DNA of 44,922 bases from Azolla caroliniana (GCA_043228905.1 JBHGNT010000252.1:1-44922), one strand, 5' to 3'. Counted from the stretch's first letter, positions 24,819 through 38,398 are shown. A program made the numbers and translations. Notes: generated by a model from the sequence alone, not told the origin.

Positions 24819-27143
24819 TCAACATGCATATTTCATTCTCATAGCTTCAACTCTTTGTGCATCTTTGTGCATCCCAGACACTGCAAAGATATTAGCCATA
24901 TGAGCATAAGCTATTGTACATGTATTATCTAGTTGTACTGATTGATCAAAGGCTAACCTCCCAACCTTTACATTTCCCCATTTCCTACAAGAGCCTAACA
25001 ACGCAAGCCACACTACCAAGTAATCCAACGATGGCATCGCATGTATCACCGATAGGGCCTTATCAAACCTCCCACTGTATCCAAAAGCCACCACCATGCA
25101 AGTATAATGCTCTAGGTTTGGAAGGATACTATACTCCCTTATCATTGTGTTCAGAACAATTTGGGCATCCTCTATGAGTCCAGAGTGACCACATGCACTT
25201 AGAACACACGAGAGTGTAACATCATCCGGAGATATCTTATCCTCTTGCATTTGTTCAAAGCACTTTAGGGCTTCTTTGGCTTGCCCTTGTTGTGCATATC
25301 CAGAGATTAATGCATTCCAACCAACAATATCTCGGGTTGGAAGCTCTTGAAGCAGTTGCAAAGCTTTGGCTGGGGCACCACATTTTGCATACATATCCAC
25401 CAAAGCATTGCCAAGCATGAGATGCTTCAATAGCAAGCCACTATTGAAAATCTCCTCATGGATTTGTATGCCCTTTTCCATGGCTCCTGTGCTTTTACAC
25501 ACTTTGAGGATAGAAATGAAGGTAACCACATCAGGGCATAAGCCATCTCTTTGCATCTCTTCTAAGCACTCCAATGCTTCATGGCATTGCCCTAGTTGAG
25601 CATATCCTCCAATCAGGGCATTCCACGTAGCTGTGGTTCGGGTGGCAATATTTTCGAGGACCCCTCGAGCTTTCACCATCCTACTACACTTGGCATACAT
25701 ATCCACCACAGCTGTGCTAAGAACAATATCCTTTTCTAGTAAACCCTTGGTGGTAACATCTTCATGAATTTTTTCACCTTTCAGAATGGCTCTAACACTT
25801 CCGCACGCCTTCAACGTGGAAATGAATGTGACCACATTTGGAGAGAACCCCTCACTTTGCATCCGTTCGAAACAGTTCAATGCTTCAAGCCCTTGTCCTT
25901 GTTGGGCATAGCCAGCAATTACCGAAGACCAAGTGATGACATCTCGCATGGAAAGCTCATCTAGTACTCTTTGTGCTTTGGCTGGAAAACCACATTTCAC
26001 ATACATATCCACCAAAGCATTCCCAAGCACTGTATTATTACTCAGCAAGCCCCTATTCAAGACCTCATCATGGATTTGCTTACCCTTGTTGATTGCTCTT
26101 GCACGGCCACATGCCATCAAGATGGAAATGAATGTGACCACATCTGAAAAGATACCCTCACTTTGCATCCGCTTGAAACATCCAAATGCCTCGTCACATT
26201 GCCCATGCCTTGCGAACCCAGAGATTAGTGCATTCCATGATATGACATTCCGAATAAGAAGCTCTTTGAGGATCCTTTGAGCTTTCACAAGCTCTCCATG
26301 CCTAGCATACATATCCACCAAAGCAGTGCCCACAACAACATCCTGCTCCAGAAATCCTCTCTTAAGAATTTGATCATGGATGTCCTTGCCAACCTCTATA
26401 GCCATCTCTATTGCACCCAGACTGCCACATGCTTTCAGTATGCAAATAAATGTAACTCCATCTGGAATGACATCATCTCTACGCATTTTCTCATAGCATT
26501 TTATTGCCTCAAAAGCCTTTTGCCCTTTTTGGGCATATCCAGAAATGAGTGTATTCCAAGAGACAACGTCTCGGATTGGAAGATCATCCAGCACTTGTCT
26601 TGCTTTTGCTAGATCACCACATTTGGCATACATATCTATCAAAGCATTACCAAGAGGAACATTCTTACCCAACAACCCACTTCTTGCAATGTGGTCATGA
26701 ACTTCCTTGCCTTTATCTATGGCCCTAAGAATGCCACATGCCTTCAAGGTGCATATAAATGTGACCGAATCAGGGCTCAGACCTTCGCATTGCATTTTTT
26801 CAAAGGTGTTTAGAGCCTCACGAGGTTGCCCTTCTTGTGCATACCCTGCAATGAGTGCATTCCAAGATACCACACTTCTATTTGGAAGCATCTCTATCAC
26901 TTCCTTAGCTTTTGGAAGCATTCTACATTTAGCATACATGGTGATCAAAGAAGTGGCTATATAAGGACTCTTTTCAAGGAATCCTTTCTTTATAATTTCA
27001 TCATGTAGATTTATGCCTCTTTTGAGGTTCTTGTGCTTGGCACATGACTTGAGCAAAGCCACAAATGTGAACTCTTCCATGTGGGTGGTATTCATTTGAT
27101 TGCTAATCATTTTCTGATAGGTTTCTATAGTTTCCCATAGCAA
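24819..27143 (-). CDS. PLS-class pentatricopeptide repeat protein with E domain and no DYW (organellar RNA-editing factor type); first in-frame ATG at 27110 (about 763 aa)
   Basis: Single 774-codon ORF with a TTG start in the ORF track. Six cycles of (L/V)xxMYAKCG / VSWNALIxGYAQxG / PDxVTFIxxLKAC-like motifs, then LSACGHSG, PNLEHYTCMV, VWLALLGSCRKWGN and YAHMANIFA. It ends ...MKYAC with no PG-box and no HxE/CxxC DYW domain. Confidence 0.95.
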   Translation of the reverse strand: MLWETIETYQKMISNQMNTTHMEEFTFVALLKSCAKHKNLKRGINLHDEIIKKGFLEKSPYIATSLITMYAKCRMLPKAKEVIEMLPNRSVVSWNALIAGYAQEGQPREALNTFEKMQCEGLSPDSVTFICTLKACGILRAIDKGKEVHDHIARSGLLGKNVPLGNALIDMYAKCGDLAKARQVLDDLPIRDVVSWNTLISGYAQKGQKAFEAIKCYEKMRRDDVIPDGVTFICILKACGSLGAIEMAIEVGKDIHDQILKRGFLEQDVVVGTALVDMYARHGELVKAQRILKELLIRNVISWNALISGFARHGQCDEAFGCFKRMQSEGIFSDVVTFISILMACGRARAINKGKQIHDEVLNRGLLSNNTVLGNALVDMYVKCGFPAKAQRVLDELSMRDVITWSSVIAGYAQQGQGLEALNCFERMQSEGFSPNVVTFISTLKACGSVRAILKGEKIHEDVTTKGLLEKDIVLSTAVVDMYAKCSRMVKARGVLENIATRTTATWNALIGGYAQLGQCHEALECLEEMQRDGLCPDVVTFISILKVCKSTGAMEKGIQIHEEIFNSGLLLKHLMLGNALVDMYAKCGAPAKALQLLQELPTRDIVGWNALISGYAQQGQAKEALKCFEQMQEDKISPDDVTLSCVLSACGHSGLIEDAQIVLNTMIREYSILPNLEHYTCMVVAFGYSGRFDKALSVIHAMPSLDYLVVWLALLGSCRKWGNVKVGRLAFDQSVQLDNTCTIAYAHMANIFAVSGMHKDAQRVEAMRMKYAC

Positions 27144-27168
27144 AATGCAGTCATGTCCTTAGCTCTTC

Positions 27169-27210
<42 letters not shown>
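27169..27210. repeat. Compound (AT)n(AG)n microsatellite at the 5' end of the PPR gene
   Basis: Read directly from the sequence. Confidence 0.9.
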
Positions 27211-29727
27211 GGTTGTGTGTGCACGTATGCATGCTCCTCCCATCTGCCCTTTATAGGTTAGGTCTTCTTTAATCTCTTCATTAGATCTTATCTCGTTTTT
27301 GTGGAATTGGGTTCACCATAGAAAAAACAGAGCAAAAGTTATGCCATCTCATCACCCCCATGATAACAGAGGAGAATTAAGTAAATAAGCTTTCTCTAGG
27401 AGAATTATTAAGTTTTCTCTTTCCTGCCGATCACTTGCATTAATAAATGAGAAAAGGTGAAGAAATTTTTACACAAAATGCTTCCACAATCCCGTGTATT
27501 AACTGATGTCTAAAATCTCATCACAAAAACCTCAAAGTTGTCCCAGTGGGAAGCTGCGCATTGCCTTGTTGAACAATCATAAAGAGATTATTACCACTGG
27601 TCAGTGTAATTGCTGGAATAACGTAAAATTTGTGTAAAATCGTTGCACTTGAAACCTCAAAGTTGTCCTAATGGAAGATCATGTCGCCCTATTTCTAAGA
27701 GACTCTCAAACACATTCACACTACATTGATTGCAAACTGCACACAAGGTTATCATATACAAACCGTGTATATGATGATAGGCTTAGCCATGTAAATGTAA
27801 ACACGGTGTATATGAAACTGTGTGTGTATATAGACATATATAAACACATATTATAAAGATTATAATGAATGATATGTTATGATGGCTAGCATGTTCCATG
27901 GAAGCCTAATGTTCCACTTGCTTTGTGCCAAAGAATATGACATGTGTAAGTGAGCTGTAATGGAAACTTTTATGCATATTCAAAGACTCTTACACATTAG
28001 AATGTCTTGAGTGTTACATTCTCGTGTACTTTTAGTTCGTTCAAACAAGAGGCTCACATACTCTTGTTGTCTTCTTGACGCATATGCTTCGCAAATCAAT
28101 GGGAAAGCAATCTTTGAAGTTGTTTTGGGGTATTTGTGAGTGGTTGTATTCCCCCGACATCCGATAATATTTTACATACTCCTAGCTTGTATAGCAAAAC
28201 ATGGTCAATCATGGAATACTAAAATGTGAACTCTTCATTACCTTAGTGAAGTCATAGTCCAAATTTCACAAAATTTATAGAAAACAAAAGTGTATTCATT
28301 GGTCAAGTTTTATTTGGTAATACTTCAAATTTCAAAATAACACATAAGTTAATGGCAACATTGTAACTTGTGAGTTGGCACTAATATAATTTTCTCATTT
28401 CATTTCAATAGTCATGTTGCTTATATGTTTGGGCATGAAACACGACTACCCAATAAGATTTTGGAAGAAGTTAAATATTGACAATTCACATGCCATATTA
28501 CATCAACTATGAACAATGCCATTGTTTTTTATGGGTATTGCTAGTAGCTACTCTCTTGTTTTTTTGCTTAGATGACATGATATATATTACTTTGCGTGTG
28601 GGGTTTGCAAATTAATGCACTAACTATATTTTAAGTAGGATTGGCTGGCTTGTGAATCTAACACGTCACAATTTTTTGCTGATTTGGTTTGTACATTCTT
28701 TTCGCGGACTAATCATGGGGTTGATTGCACAAACAATGCAAAGTAGTATTATTGTGTTGAAGGAAGGATATAAGTACATTTTTAGTTTGTTGGTTCACTC
28801 TTTGATTAAAGTTTTGTTGATGTCAGTACTTGTTCTTTTTACTTTTCTCAACTTCATATATATTTGTCCGCCTTTTGAATAGATTGTCGCGTTCCTAGGG
28901 TATGGGCAGTTGAATGCTTACTTGAACTTCGATGATTTCTATGACATCAATGTGATGAATTGTTCATTGTTTATATTTATACAATAAATGAGATATCAAC
29001 ATCGAAAGTGACATGTTCCACGCACCAATTGATAGTAATGGTATTCAAACTTCAAATTGCATTTCTCTTAGAGTGACATCATATTTCTTGAATGTGAAAC
29101 TTTTATGGAATCAACCCTACTTTAATTGATTGAACAACAAAGATTAGGGAATATTTTACGAGCATAACCGTATCCGCGATTCTCTAACCTTAGGGTTAGG
29201 TATGGGCTAATTCATAATGAACAAAGGGTGAGGATTGAGTTATCTCAAGCCTACAATGGGGGATAACTTTAGAGTGTTTGATCACTTGGTCACTTTTTTA
29301 GAAAAAGCAACAAAGTGTGAAACGTACAAGGGCCTATGGTTTGAGCAAATATAATCTTTAGTGCTTTGAGACAAAGATTTAGATAGTGTAGAAAAGCTCT
29401 AGCTTAATACATGCACGCCTCATTCTTCTTCAAAACCAATGTACGATCCATGTTCATACTCGATGGCATGGGACATTGATGGGGGACTCGGATCCATCTC
29501 TTAATTTTACTAGGGGGTGTTTGAGTGGACTAGCGCCCTTTCTTCCTTATTTCCCTTCTTAATTCTACTTAATGTCACTTAAAGATTCTAATAGAAGGTT
29601 TCACATGCTTGCCTACATATATGATTGAAAGTTTTAATACTGAATTATGATTAGTTCTCGTTCTTGTGGCATACATTATTCGAAGGTTAATAAGTGGATT
29701 CATCGGTGGGATTATTACATTTTGGAT

Positions 29728-29954
29728 GTTTTCAGGAGTTGTTACCACCATACACACGAAACGGCCTAAAGAGACTTATATATGTATTATGTATTATATT
29801 TAGTCTTTAGATATATAATGTATTATAATTTATATTTAGTCTTTAGAGACTTATTTAGTTTTCAGGAGTTGTTAGCACCATACACACGAAAGGGCCTAAA
29901 GAGACTTATATATGTATTATGTATTATATTTAGTCTTTAGATATATAATGTATT
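29728..29954. repeat. Near-identical direct repeat of about 97 bp (29728-29824 / 29858-29954, period 130) upstream of the kinase gene
   Basis: GTTTTCAGGAGTTGTTA(C/G)CACCATACACACGAAA(C/G)GGCCTAAAGAGACTTATATATG...TATATAATGTATT occurs twice, with two substitutions. Confidence 0.9.
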
Positions 29955-30763
29955 TATAAATTATGAAGGAGAGGAAAGAACTGAGTGGGAGGGGTATATT
30001 TTATGGAATATCGAGAAACCAGCCAGAGGGGTAGTCCGTGTAATTTCACTTTTCAGAAATCCATGAAGCCTTTTATTGTTCAGAGATACCTTGGGAAGGA
30101 AGCAAAAATCAACAAAGCAAAAATCATTCGTTCTTCTCGTCTCGAGGAAGCAGCACAGGATCCATGGCGACCTCCTCCGTCTCCTGTAACATCGACGCAA
30201 TACCTTCCCCAGATCTACAAATGATCTCGTGAGCTCTCTTCACATCGCCCGAATAATGCAGTGGTTTGTTCTCATTGGGCGTTCTATGCCACAAATTTAG
30301 GGTCGATGTGTTCTATGTAGGGAGCAGAGGTAGAGATATAAAAATCCACGGCAGCATTATTCTGCAATTTCTTCCTCAGATCTATGAACTCGCTTGTGAG
30401 CTTTCTTCATCGTCAATTTCTCTGTCCGAAAATGCAGTGTTTAGGGCCTGGGCTTTGGCTTCCTCGGATATGCATAAGATATCATTATCGATATGATTTA
30501 GCATTATGTTTTCTCGGTTAGCTCCGATTGGCTCCAATTTGTGGAAGATATTATATTATATCACGCAGGCTTGGAGTTACGGGTTCTGTCCACTCTCAAT
30601 TTGAAGAAGATTATGATATTGTAGATATTTAGGGCTAGGGTTAGGAAATTCCTACCTTTTCATATTCATCTCAAAATTGATAAGATACCAAATTCACATC
30701 ACATCTTATCATATATCATAGCATACCATATCACTCTACACATTTTTTTGTGTCCTCCTGACA

Positions 30764-33700
30764 ATGAAACATATCCTTCGAAAGCTTCACCTTGGAGGGA
30801 GCCATGAGGCTGGCTTTGATGGGCAGAATAGTCAAGCCATAGGAGGATTAAGCTCGACCGAAAATCAAGATTCTTCTGCTGCATCAACTTCATCATCGGG
30901 TCTATCAGGATGGCTTACCAATGCTCGCCATACCTTCCGACCTTCTTCTTCTTCTTCGAATAATGTATCTACACCTGCACGGCGACCAGAAAGTTCCCAC
31001 CTGTCCCGGGCCACCAGTGATGTTGAAAGTCCGCATCTAGAAGGTCAGAATAATTTCAATTTGTATGAAGAAGAATACCAAGTTCAACTTGCTTTGGCAC
31101 TCAGTGTCTCAAATCAGAATGCTGAGAATGATGATCCCGAGTTGTTGCAAATTAGAGCTGCAAAGAGAATAAGCCTTGGCCGGCCTGTGTCTCCAGGAAG
31201 TAACCCTGCTGAATCTGCGGCACATCGATACTGGGTAAGCAATCACTGAAAAGTGCGTATTTGTGGAATGTGTTTTAAACTTAAGGGAGTGTATAGTGGG
31301 GACCTTATTGTGGGAGGCATTTCGAGTGTGCATAAAGGGCACTAAATTGTGAAATGTGTTTCACAAATACATAAAGTGAACTTAAATGTGAGATGCCTTT
31401 TTGAGATTGTGTATGAGGGTTAATTTTGAAATGTGCTTAGAGACTACATAAGGAGGCTTTATTTTGAAATACATTTTGAAAGTACATAAAGGGGAAATTT
31501 TGGACCCCTAATAGTGAAATGTGTTTTGACAGCATATAAATCAAATTCTAAAATCTGTTTTGAAAGTGTAACTTCTCATTGTCTGTTGGATGATGAACGT
31601 CTTCCTCATTTTCCCATGGGTGACCAATTTCATCAATCCTGGCAGGCAACATGGTGGCAGTTTTCTGAAATGCAAATTGTGGAATGTGTTTTGAATGTTG
31701 AGCTTCTACTTGAATGTTAAAACAATGAATATCTTTTGGGGTCATCAATGCTGGGTATAGCATAAGAAGGGACGTTTGGATCCCTAATCATGAAACGAGT
31801 ATTGGAATATGTTCTGATCTTATCCATTCTCCTCTTGTACTAGTGTTGGCTCTGATTTAATGATGATATTGGTAGGGCCTGAGTTTTAAATCAGTCTTTG
31901 TTTTATATAACGTATGAATCAGTTTCATTTTGGAGCAAAATTAAAAATTGAGATTAGTCCTGAAAAAATTAGTCCATTATACAATTTCTAATCAAAGAAT
32001 ACTATCACGACTCACAAGCAATGCTTTTATTTACCCAGTTTCTAAGCATACCATTTGCATCAACAATAGGTTCTTCTTGATGCTGAAGCTTGTTTTCATC
32101 CTTTGTTACTATGGCTATGTTCAAGAATGAGTCTACCGTCTCATAAAAAAGAAAACAACAAAATTACCCTTGCTTTTTAAAGATCACTAAGCAATTCAGA
32201 TATAAACTTGTTAACCAATCGATTTATATGTTACCCATGTTATCGATTTATATGCATGAGGAATTGACATTTGGGACTGTTGTGAAAGTGATTGATTAAT
32301 TATTTGAATGCAGACAGGGTTAGGTTCCTTTTCAAGTTTCCCATTTGCTAGCAAGCTAACTTTTCAAGGTATTTGTTGTGCAGAATTACAATGTGCTTGA
32401 CTATGATGAAAAGGTGGTAGATGGGTTTTATGATGTTTATGGTGTGGTGTCAGATTTTGGCACTGCTGAAAAGATCCCCTCTCTGGTAGACCTTCAAAGT
32501 ACACCTTTAACAGACGTGCTTGGCTATGAAGTGGTTTTGGTGAACAGAACAATAGACCCAGATCTTATACATCTCGAACAAGCATCTCTTTGCCTCGCTG
32601 TTGACTGTGGAATGAGTGGAATTTGTCTACAATCGAGTGAGCTTGTTCAGAAAATAGCAGACCTTGTTGTTCAACATATGGGAGGACCGGTTGTTGATGC
32701 AAATGATATGCTTAGAAACTGGGTGACTAAAAGCTATGAGCTGAGGATGTCCATAAACAATATTGTTTTGCCACTGGGCTGTCTTAAAATTGGACTCTCT
32801 CGACACCGTGCACTATTGTTCAAGGTATATGTCAGCGTGGGTTATTGGAATACATTTTGCTTCTAGCAATACTATTAAAATCAAACTTTTCCTAACTTTG
32901 TAAATGAAATTGATTTCATTTGATTCAACATTTAAAGTTTATATTGGGGTATTCAATATCTAGGTCTTGGCGGATCATGTGGGCATTCCATGTCGATTAG
33001 TTAAAGGAAGTCATTACACAGGAACAGATGAAGGAGCAGTCAATATTGTCAAACTAGATTCTGAGAGGTTAGAAACTGTGATTGGGATTTTAACCAGCAA
33101 GTGTCAACTTTTTTTCTGTTTTGGCATTATTTTAATATTTATAATGACATTGTATGACCAACCTGGAATGGTCGGGGGCCAGGTCCTAAAGCAGGGGAGC
33201 CAAGGCTGGGTAGGTATGGGGCTGATCTAGTTCACATTGGGTTCTTATGCGTGGTGGCGTGTGTGCAATTGTAAAGTTGGGCCTTATTCAAACAAACCTC
33301 CCTTGATGTGCAATTTGATATTCAGCTTTAGCGTTAAAAGAGAGTAATTGGCAAGTGCGGAAATATGTAGGTCTCATAGCTGATTTACTTTTTGTACTAT
33401 ACTCAATGGAAGGTATCTTTGAAGATTAACATGCAGGTTTTAATTGCTGAAGTAAGTTTAAAACACTGGCTGTGTTTTTAGAGTTTAGGCTGCTTTTAGT
33501 CATCAATAAAAAATACCAAAAAAGGTGGCAGTCTTTTATGCCAGCAGGTTGGCAATTTATCCAGGAGCAATCTCTATCTTCCTAGATGTGAAATGAAATC
33601 TTAGTAAGTCTAAAATCTTACGTGGACGTTTCTTTGTGCATAGAGGATTTCTCTAGTCATGGAATTCTAGCAATATTGGTGTTTTTTTTTGTTTTATTTC

Positions 33701-36700
33701 CCTGTGGAAGTTCTACATGCTGTGTCCTGAGAATTACGATTTACATCATATATTGTATTTGAACGAAACCTCTAGCTTTATTTATGGACATGCTCAATAA
33801 ATTGTCTGATTGTATAGGCATCTGTCATTTATATGACTCTGGTAGTTTAGATGATTTTGGTTTTATGTTCATCTTTGCTGTAGGTGCATTTCTTATAGGG
33901 GCTTCAAAGAACCTTTTAAGGCATTTGTCTATAATACATTTTGTAACATTAAAGGTATTTGTTTGTTTTCACCATCCATAATTCTTAATTGACTCTCTGC
34001 TTTCAATGTTTGGAATTGTTTTGTGTGATATGTCTTTGATTTTTTTCTCTATAGCAATTCCAGAATTCTTGCATAGTCTTCATATCAGAATCTGTTTTTG
34101 AGACCATTTTGCAAGTAATAATTGGTGAAAGAGAAATTTCCTTGTACTTCTGCAGTACATTTTTTTCTATTGTGGTTTTTATCTTATGAAGATAGTTATA
34201 ATGAACGATTATGCAATTAAAACACACACCCATTACTTTTAGCCGTCGATTTGTTTCAATGTTAGTCTCTTCATCTTTCCTATTACATAACAACTTGCTT
34301 GAATTTAGAAAAGTGACAAACATAAAAATAAGCGCTAAAATTGTTTTGCCTGTGGTGTAATATAGTTTATATTTTTAATGGAAATGCAGGGAATATATTG
34401 TTGACTTAATGGGTGCACCTGGCACTTTGTTACCTGCTGAATCAGTCGGAACTGCAGCCAATATTGATCTCTTTGAGAATTCTGCCCTGGTTGAAGAGCT
34501 CTTTTCACAGATAGACAAGGCTCATAATCTTTCAACTGGTGGAAATCAACCCAAAATCACCTCCACTTTTAGAGAGGAATGTGCAGCAGAACCATCAAAT
34601 CACACTCTTAGTGGGCTGCAAGCAAAAGTGTTTCAGTCTTTACCTGGCAAACAGCGAACTACTAATGATACTTCCAGAGTTCCAGCAATTGGACTTCATG
34701 TATCTTCTGAGGTGATAGATGAAGTTGATAGGTCAAAGCCAGCACATATTGGCATTGAGACAGCTATGGTTGCTCCTCTGCAGTTAGATGAAGAATGGAT
34801 TATGCAAAGGAATCATGTTGAGAATATGGGTGGTGACAAAGCAAGTAAGGGTCATGAGGATGAGGCAGAGATTCAAATACAAACGATTCATGAGAGATTA
34901 AATTCTGGCTATATGGAATGTTGGAAAAAACACGTCAATAATAAAGGAGACCCAGTGCTAGAAAATGTGGCAGAGTGGGAAATTCCATGGGAGGAGATTG
35001 TGATAGGCGAGCGGATAGGATTGGGTAATGTTTTGTTAAAATGATCAGAAGAAGATATGTAGGTTTTCTGTTTCTTTATAGAAAGATGATCTTCAATGTT
35101 TTACTGATGACAGGCTCTTATGGTGAGGTTCATCATGGAGATTGGCGTGGGACGGTAATTCTTGAACTTCCATTTGTGTTTGTGTGATTCTCATTGCACC
35201 ACCAATAGATTAGTGAATAGCAGATATCATAGATTGTAGAAATCTACTAAGCCATTTGCATATGAAGGATAACCATGTGCTCTGTAGGAACTTTCTTATA
35301 AACTCCATCATAAAATGATGATATTCTTTTTAGTACTTTATATTTCTTCTTATTCCTTGACAAAAAAGCTTCGTAATTCATGTTGCCTGAAGTCAGTCGT
35401 AGACCCTGCCGCCGGACTGCAGGTCTGGTTTCAACGCTTTTATTTAGAAAATGTATGTTGTGAAAGGCACTGTGGCGTTTGTCGGTTGATGCCAATATTG
35501 TGAATGCGTTTTTTTGCCTTATTGATGGCATGCATGCAGGAAGTTGCTGTTAAAAAATTTCTTGACCAAGATTTTTTCGGGGATGCACTTGATGAATTTA
35601 TTAGTGAGGTAAAATGACACCTATCTTCAAGCGTTCTGATTGAAAAAGAGATTATAGATTTGTTCACATCTATATACGTTGGCTTCTTCAGGTTCGAATT
35701 ATGCGACGCATGCAACATCCCAATGTAGTGTTATTTCTTGGTGCTGTAACACGCCCACCAAACCTTTCTATTGTGACTGAATACTTGCCAAGGTATTCTT
35801 CTTTAACTTGTGGAATTTAACAGGGGTTTCTATATTTTTGCTGATTTATTGATTTGAATATGAAACAGAGGAAGTTTATTCAGATTGCTACATCGGCCTA
35901 ACTGTCAACTTGATGAAAAATTGCGCTTGAAGATGGCTCTGGATGTTGTATGTTTCTTGAATTCAACTTCAGCTCTTCCTGGGGTTTTACATGTTGTAGA
36001 ATCTGATCGTTTGTTTGTTCTTAGGCTGAAGGCATGAATTATCTCCACACGAGCAACCCCATTATTGTTCATCGAGATTTGAAGTCGCCAAACCTTTTGG
36101 TCGATAAAAATTGGGTCGCAAAGGTTTGTCTTATGTAATCTTGAAAATTCTGTGTAAATACGGGTTAGTTTTCTGGTGAGATTCTTATAAAAGACAAATT
36201 TAAATGAAAAATGTTCAATTTTGAAATCTCCACTTGTCTAATGAGATAATATCTCTAGATGAGTGGCTGGAGCATAGCGTGTCAGTATATAATTGAGCTA
36301 TCAATAAACTCATGAACTTCGGAAAAAAGTCATTTTATTTTATATCTTCCTTTAAAATGAAAAATGTTCAATTTTGAAATCTCCACATGTCTGATGAGAT
36401 AATCTCTCTAGATGAGTGGCTGTAGCATGGCGTGTCAGTATATTAATTGAGCTATCAATTAACTCATGAACTTCTGAGAAAAGTCATTTTATTTTATATC
36501 TTTTCTGTCTGATTGCAATACTTTCTTTTAACTGTTTAGGAGTCTCTCTCTCTCTCTCTCTCTCTTCCTAAATTCACCACCATATGTATTGTAAGTAAAT
36601 ATGAATGTGCAGGTGTGTGATTTTGGGTTGTCTCGCATGAAACATCATACATTTCTCTCTTCAAAATCAACCGCTGGAACTGTAAGTAGTTCGAATATTC

Positions 36701-38398
36701 AGTTTAGGCTTATGTCTTGGTTTAGGTGGTCTCCAAACTTGTAGCTCAGCTGCAAGCTTCTCTCCTGTTTGAGGTTTTCCCTTATTCTTATAACATGGAT
36801 TGTAAACTCTTGTTGTCTTTTTTCTTACAGCCAGAATGGATGGCACCTGAAGTACTTCGAAATGAGCTTTCGAATGAGAAGTAAGCAGCATTTCATTTTT
36901 CTTTCTTTGTTTCAAAGAACTACAAACTCAAAATTTGGATAGAGAGTTATTATGAAAAGAAGCTTTGGAGTGATATATGATTGAAGAAAGTTTGATACTC
37001 AAATGTGAGGATACTGTTTAATGACATGCATATACAGTTTCTCATCTTGAATTGAAGGAGCTGTAGAGCCTTTCTGGAAACTATAGAAGATAAGTTATAA
37101 TGCATGGCCTCTTTGTTTCAAATAGATGGCATGATGCAAGTATATTAAGATCCATCATGTTCAGCAACAGCCATCCTGTTATGGTGTCCTGCTGGTGGGA
37201 CGTCTCATCCATGAAGTTCTCACCTCAATGATGACGTGGATCTAATTGAGTTTTCAAAATATGGAACAATTAACTTGCTCTTGCAAATGATTTGTATTGT
37301 GAATAGGGAATCTTAAACGCTTTTGGGCATGCTCATGCTCATTTCACTTTAACTTATTGATATGTTACTTTTATGTAATGTTTTGTAGTTCGAGGTTGAA
37401 TTCCTTTTGTTGGGGCTTAATTAGATAATTTCAAGACTGAGTTTCTTGTGGGTTTAGTATTTTTTTTTTCTCATTTTTCTACAAATTCTTTATCTAACAT
37501 TGGCTATTGTTTCTTAATTGGTTTCGAAATACAAATAATTTTACAGTAGATAATGGTATTTTTTGTCTAGTTATTAAAGGCTTGAAGGTTCTTGTTGGTT
37601 TTTGGGCAAGAACCTGCAGATAAAACTCCTATGGATTAATTGTAGCAAAACTTTTATTTGTAGGGACACTTAAAAAGTATTCATGCTGTGTTTGTTTTTC
37701 AGATGTGACGTGTACAGCTTTGGTGTCATCTTGTGGGAATTATGCACCTTACAACAACCATGGAGTGGAATGAACCCGATGCAGGTGGTTGGTGCAGTTG
37801 GATTCCAGAATCGTCGCCTCGATATCCCGGAGAATGTGGATCCCCTTGTTGCTCAAATAATTTCAAGCTGCTGGCAAAGGTTTGTATTCTAGATCATAGA
37901 ATGCTCCCAAATCTATTAATTTTTTCCATTATCACTTACATGCACTGTGTTCGATGTGTTCCATTTGTGATGTATGTTTCTAAGCGTATATATGTCTAAT
38001 GCTATGTTAAAACCTAAGCGAACCATGCTATAGTATAGCTTAAAGAGGCAGCAGTGATATAGGAGACTTAGTGCTTTAGGATTGAGATCAAGATTTGTAT
38101 AAGGAAAGATTAGAAACAGGAAATATATCAAAAACTTAATGAAATATTTCCCTAATCTGGTTTATTCCATTGTTGTATATCTATATGAGGTTCTATTTGT
38201 TTATAATATGATATAGAATAATAGAGGAGAGATTAGATTTTTTCTGTGGAAATAAAGATAAGCTTGATTGAGTTTGATAAAAGAGAGTTTTTATTGACTG
38301 ATCTTTGTTAATGGAACAGTGAGTCGAGGTTACGCCCAACATTCTCTGAGCTTACCATTGCTCTGAAGCCACTGGAGAGATTGTTAGTCAAATACTGA
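30764..38398 (+). CDS. EDR1: EDR1-like Raf-type MAPKKK (B3 group, EDR1/CTR1 N-terminal domain plus kinase domain), 13 exons, about 804 aa
   Basis: Exons: 30764-31234, 32384-32824, 32964-33067, 34390-35024, 35114-35154, 35540-35608, 35692-35792, 35869-35947, 36025-36123, 36613-36681, 36831-36880, 37703-37879, 38320-38398. N-terminal motifs: [63 protein letters not shown]. Kinase motifs: [52 protein letters not shown]. Confidence 0.95.
36202..36502. repeat. Tandem duplication with about 153-bp period in kinase intron 9
   Basis: AAATGAAAAATGTTCAATTTTGAAATCTCCAC...AAAAGTCATTTTATTTTATATCTT at 36202-36348 and 36355-36502, with few mismatches. Confidence 0.9.

Noticed and set aside
24914-27008. Multiple + strand ORFs overlapping the PPR gene
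   Set aside because: They are antisense shadows of the repetitive PPR reading frame.
29728-29954. Direct repeats as a CRISPR-like array or LTR pair
   Set aside because: Only two long copies, eukaryotic context, no spacer series, and no TG..CA termini or internal domain.
15118-38398. NRAMP-fold gene near a CTR1-family kinase as an EIN2-CTR1 ethylene signalling cluster
   Set aside because: The NRAMP keeps the DPGN and MPH transport motifs and stops shortly after the last helix, with no EIN2 C-terminal domain. The kinase N-terminus ([22 protein letters not shown]) is EDR1-like. Adjacency alone shows no functional link.
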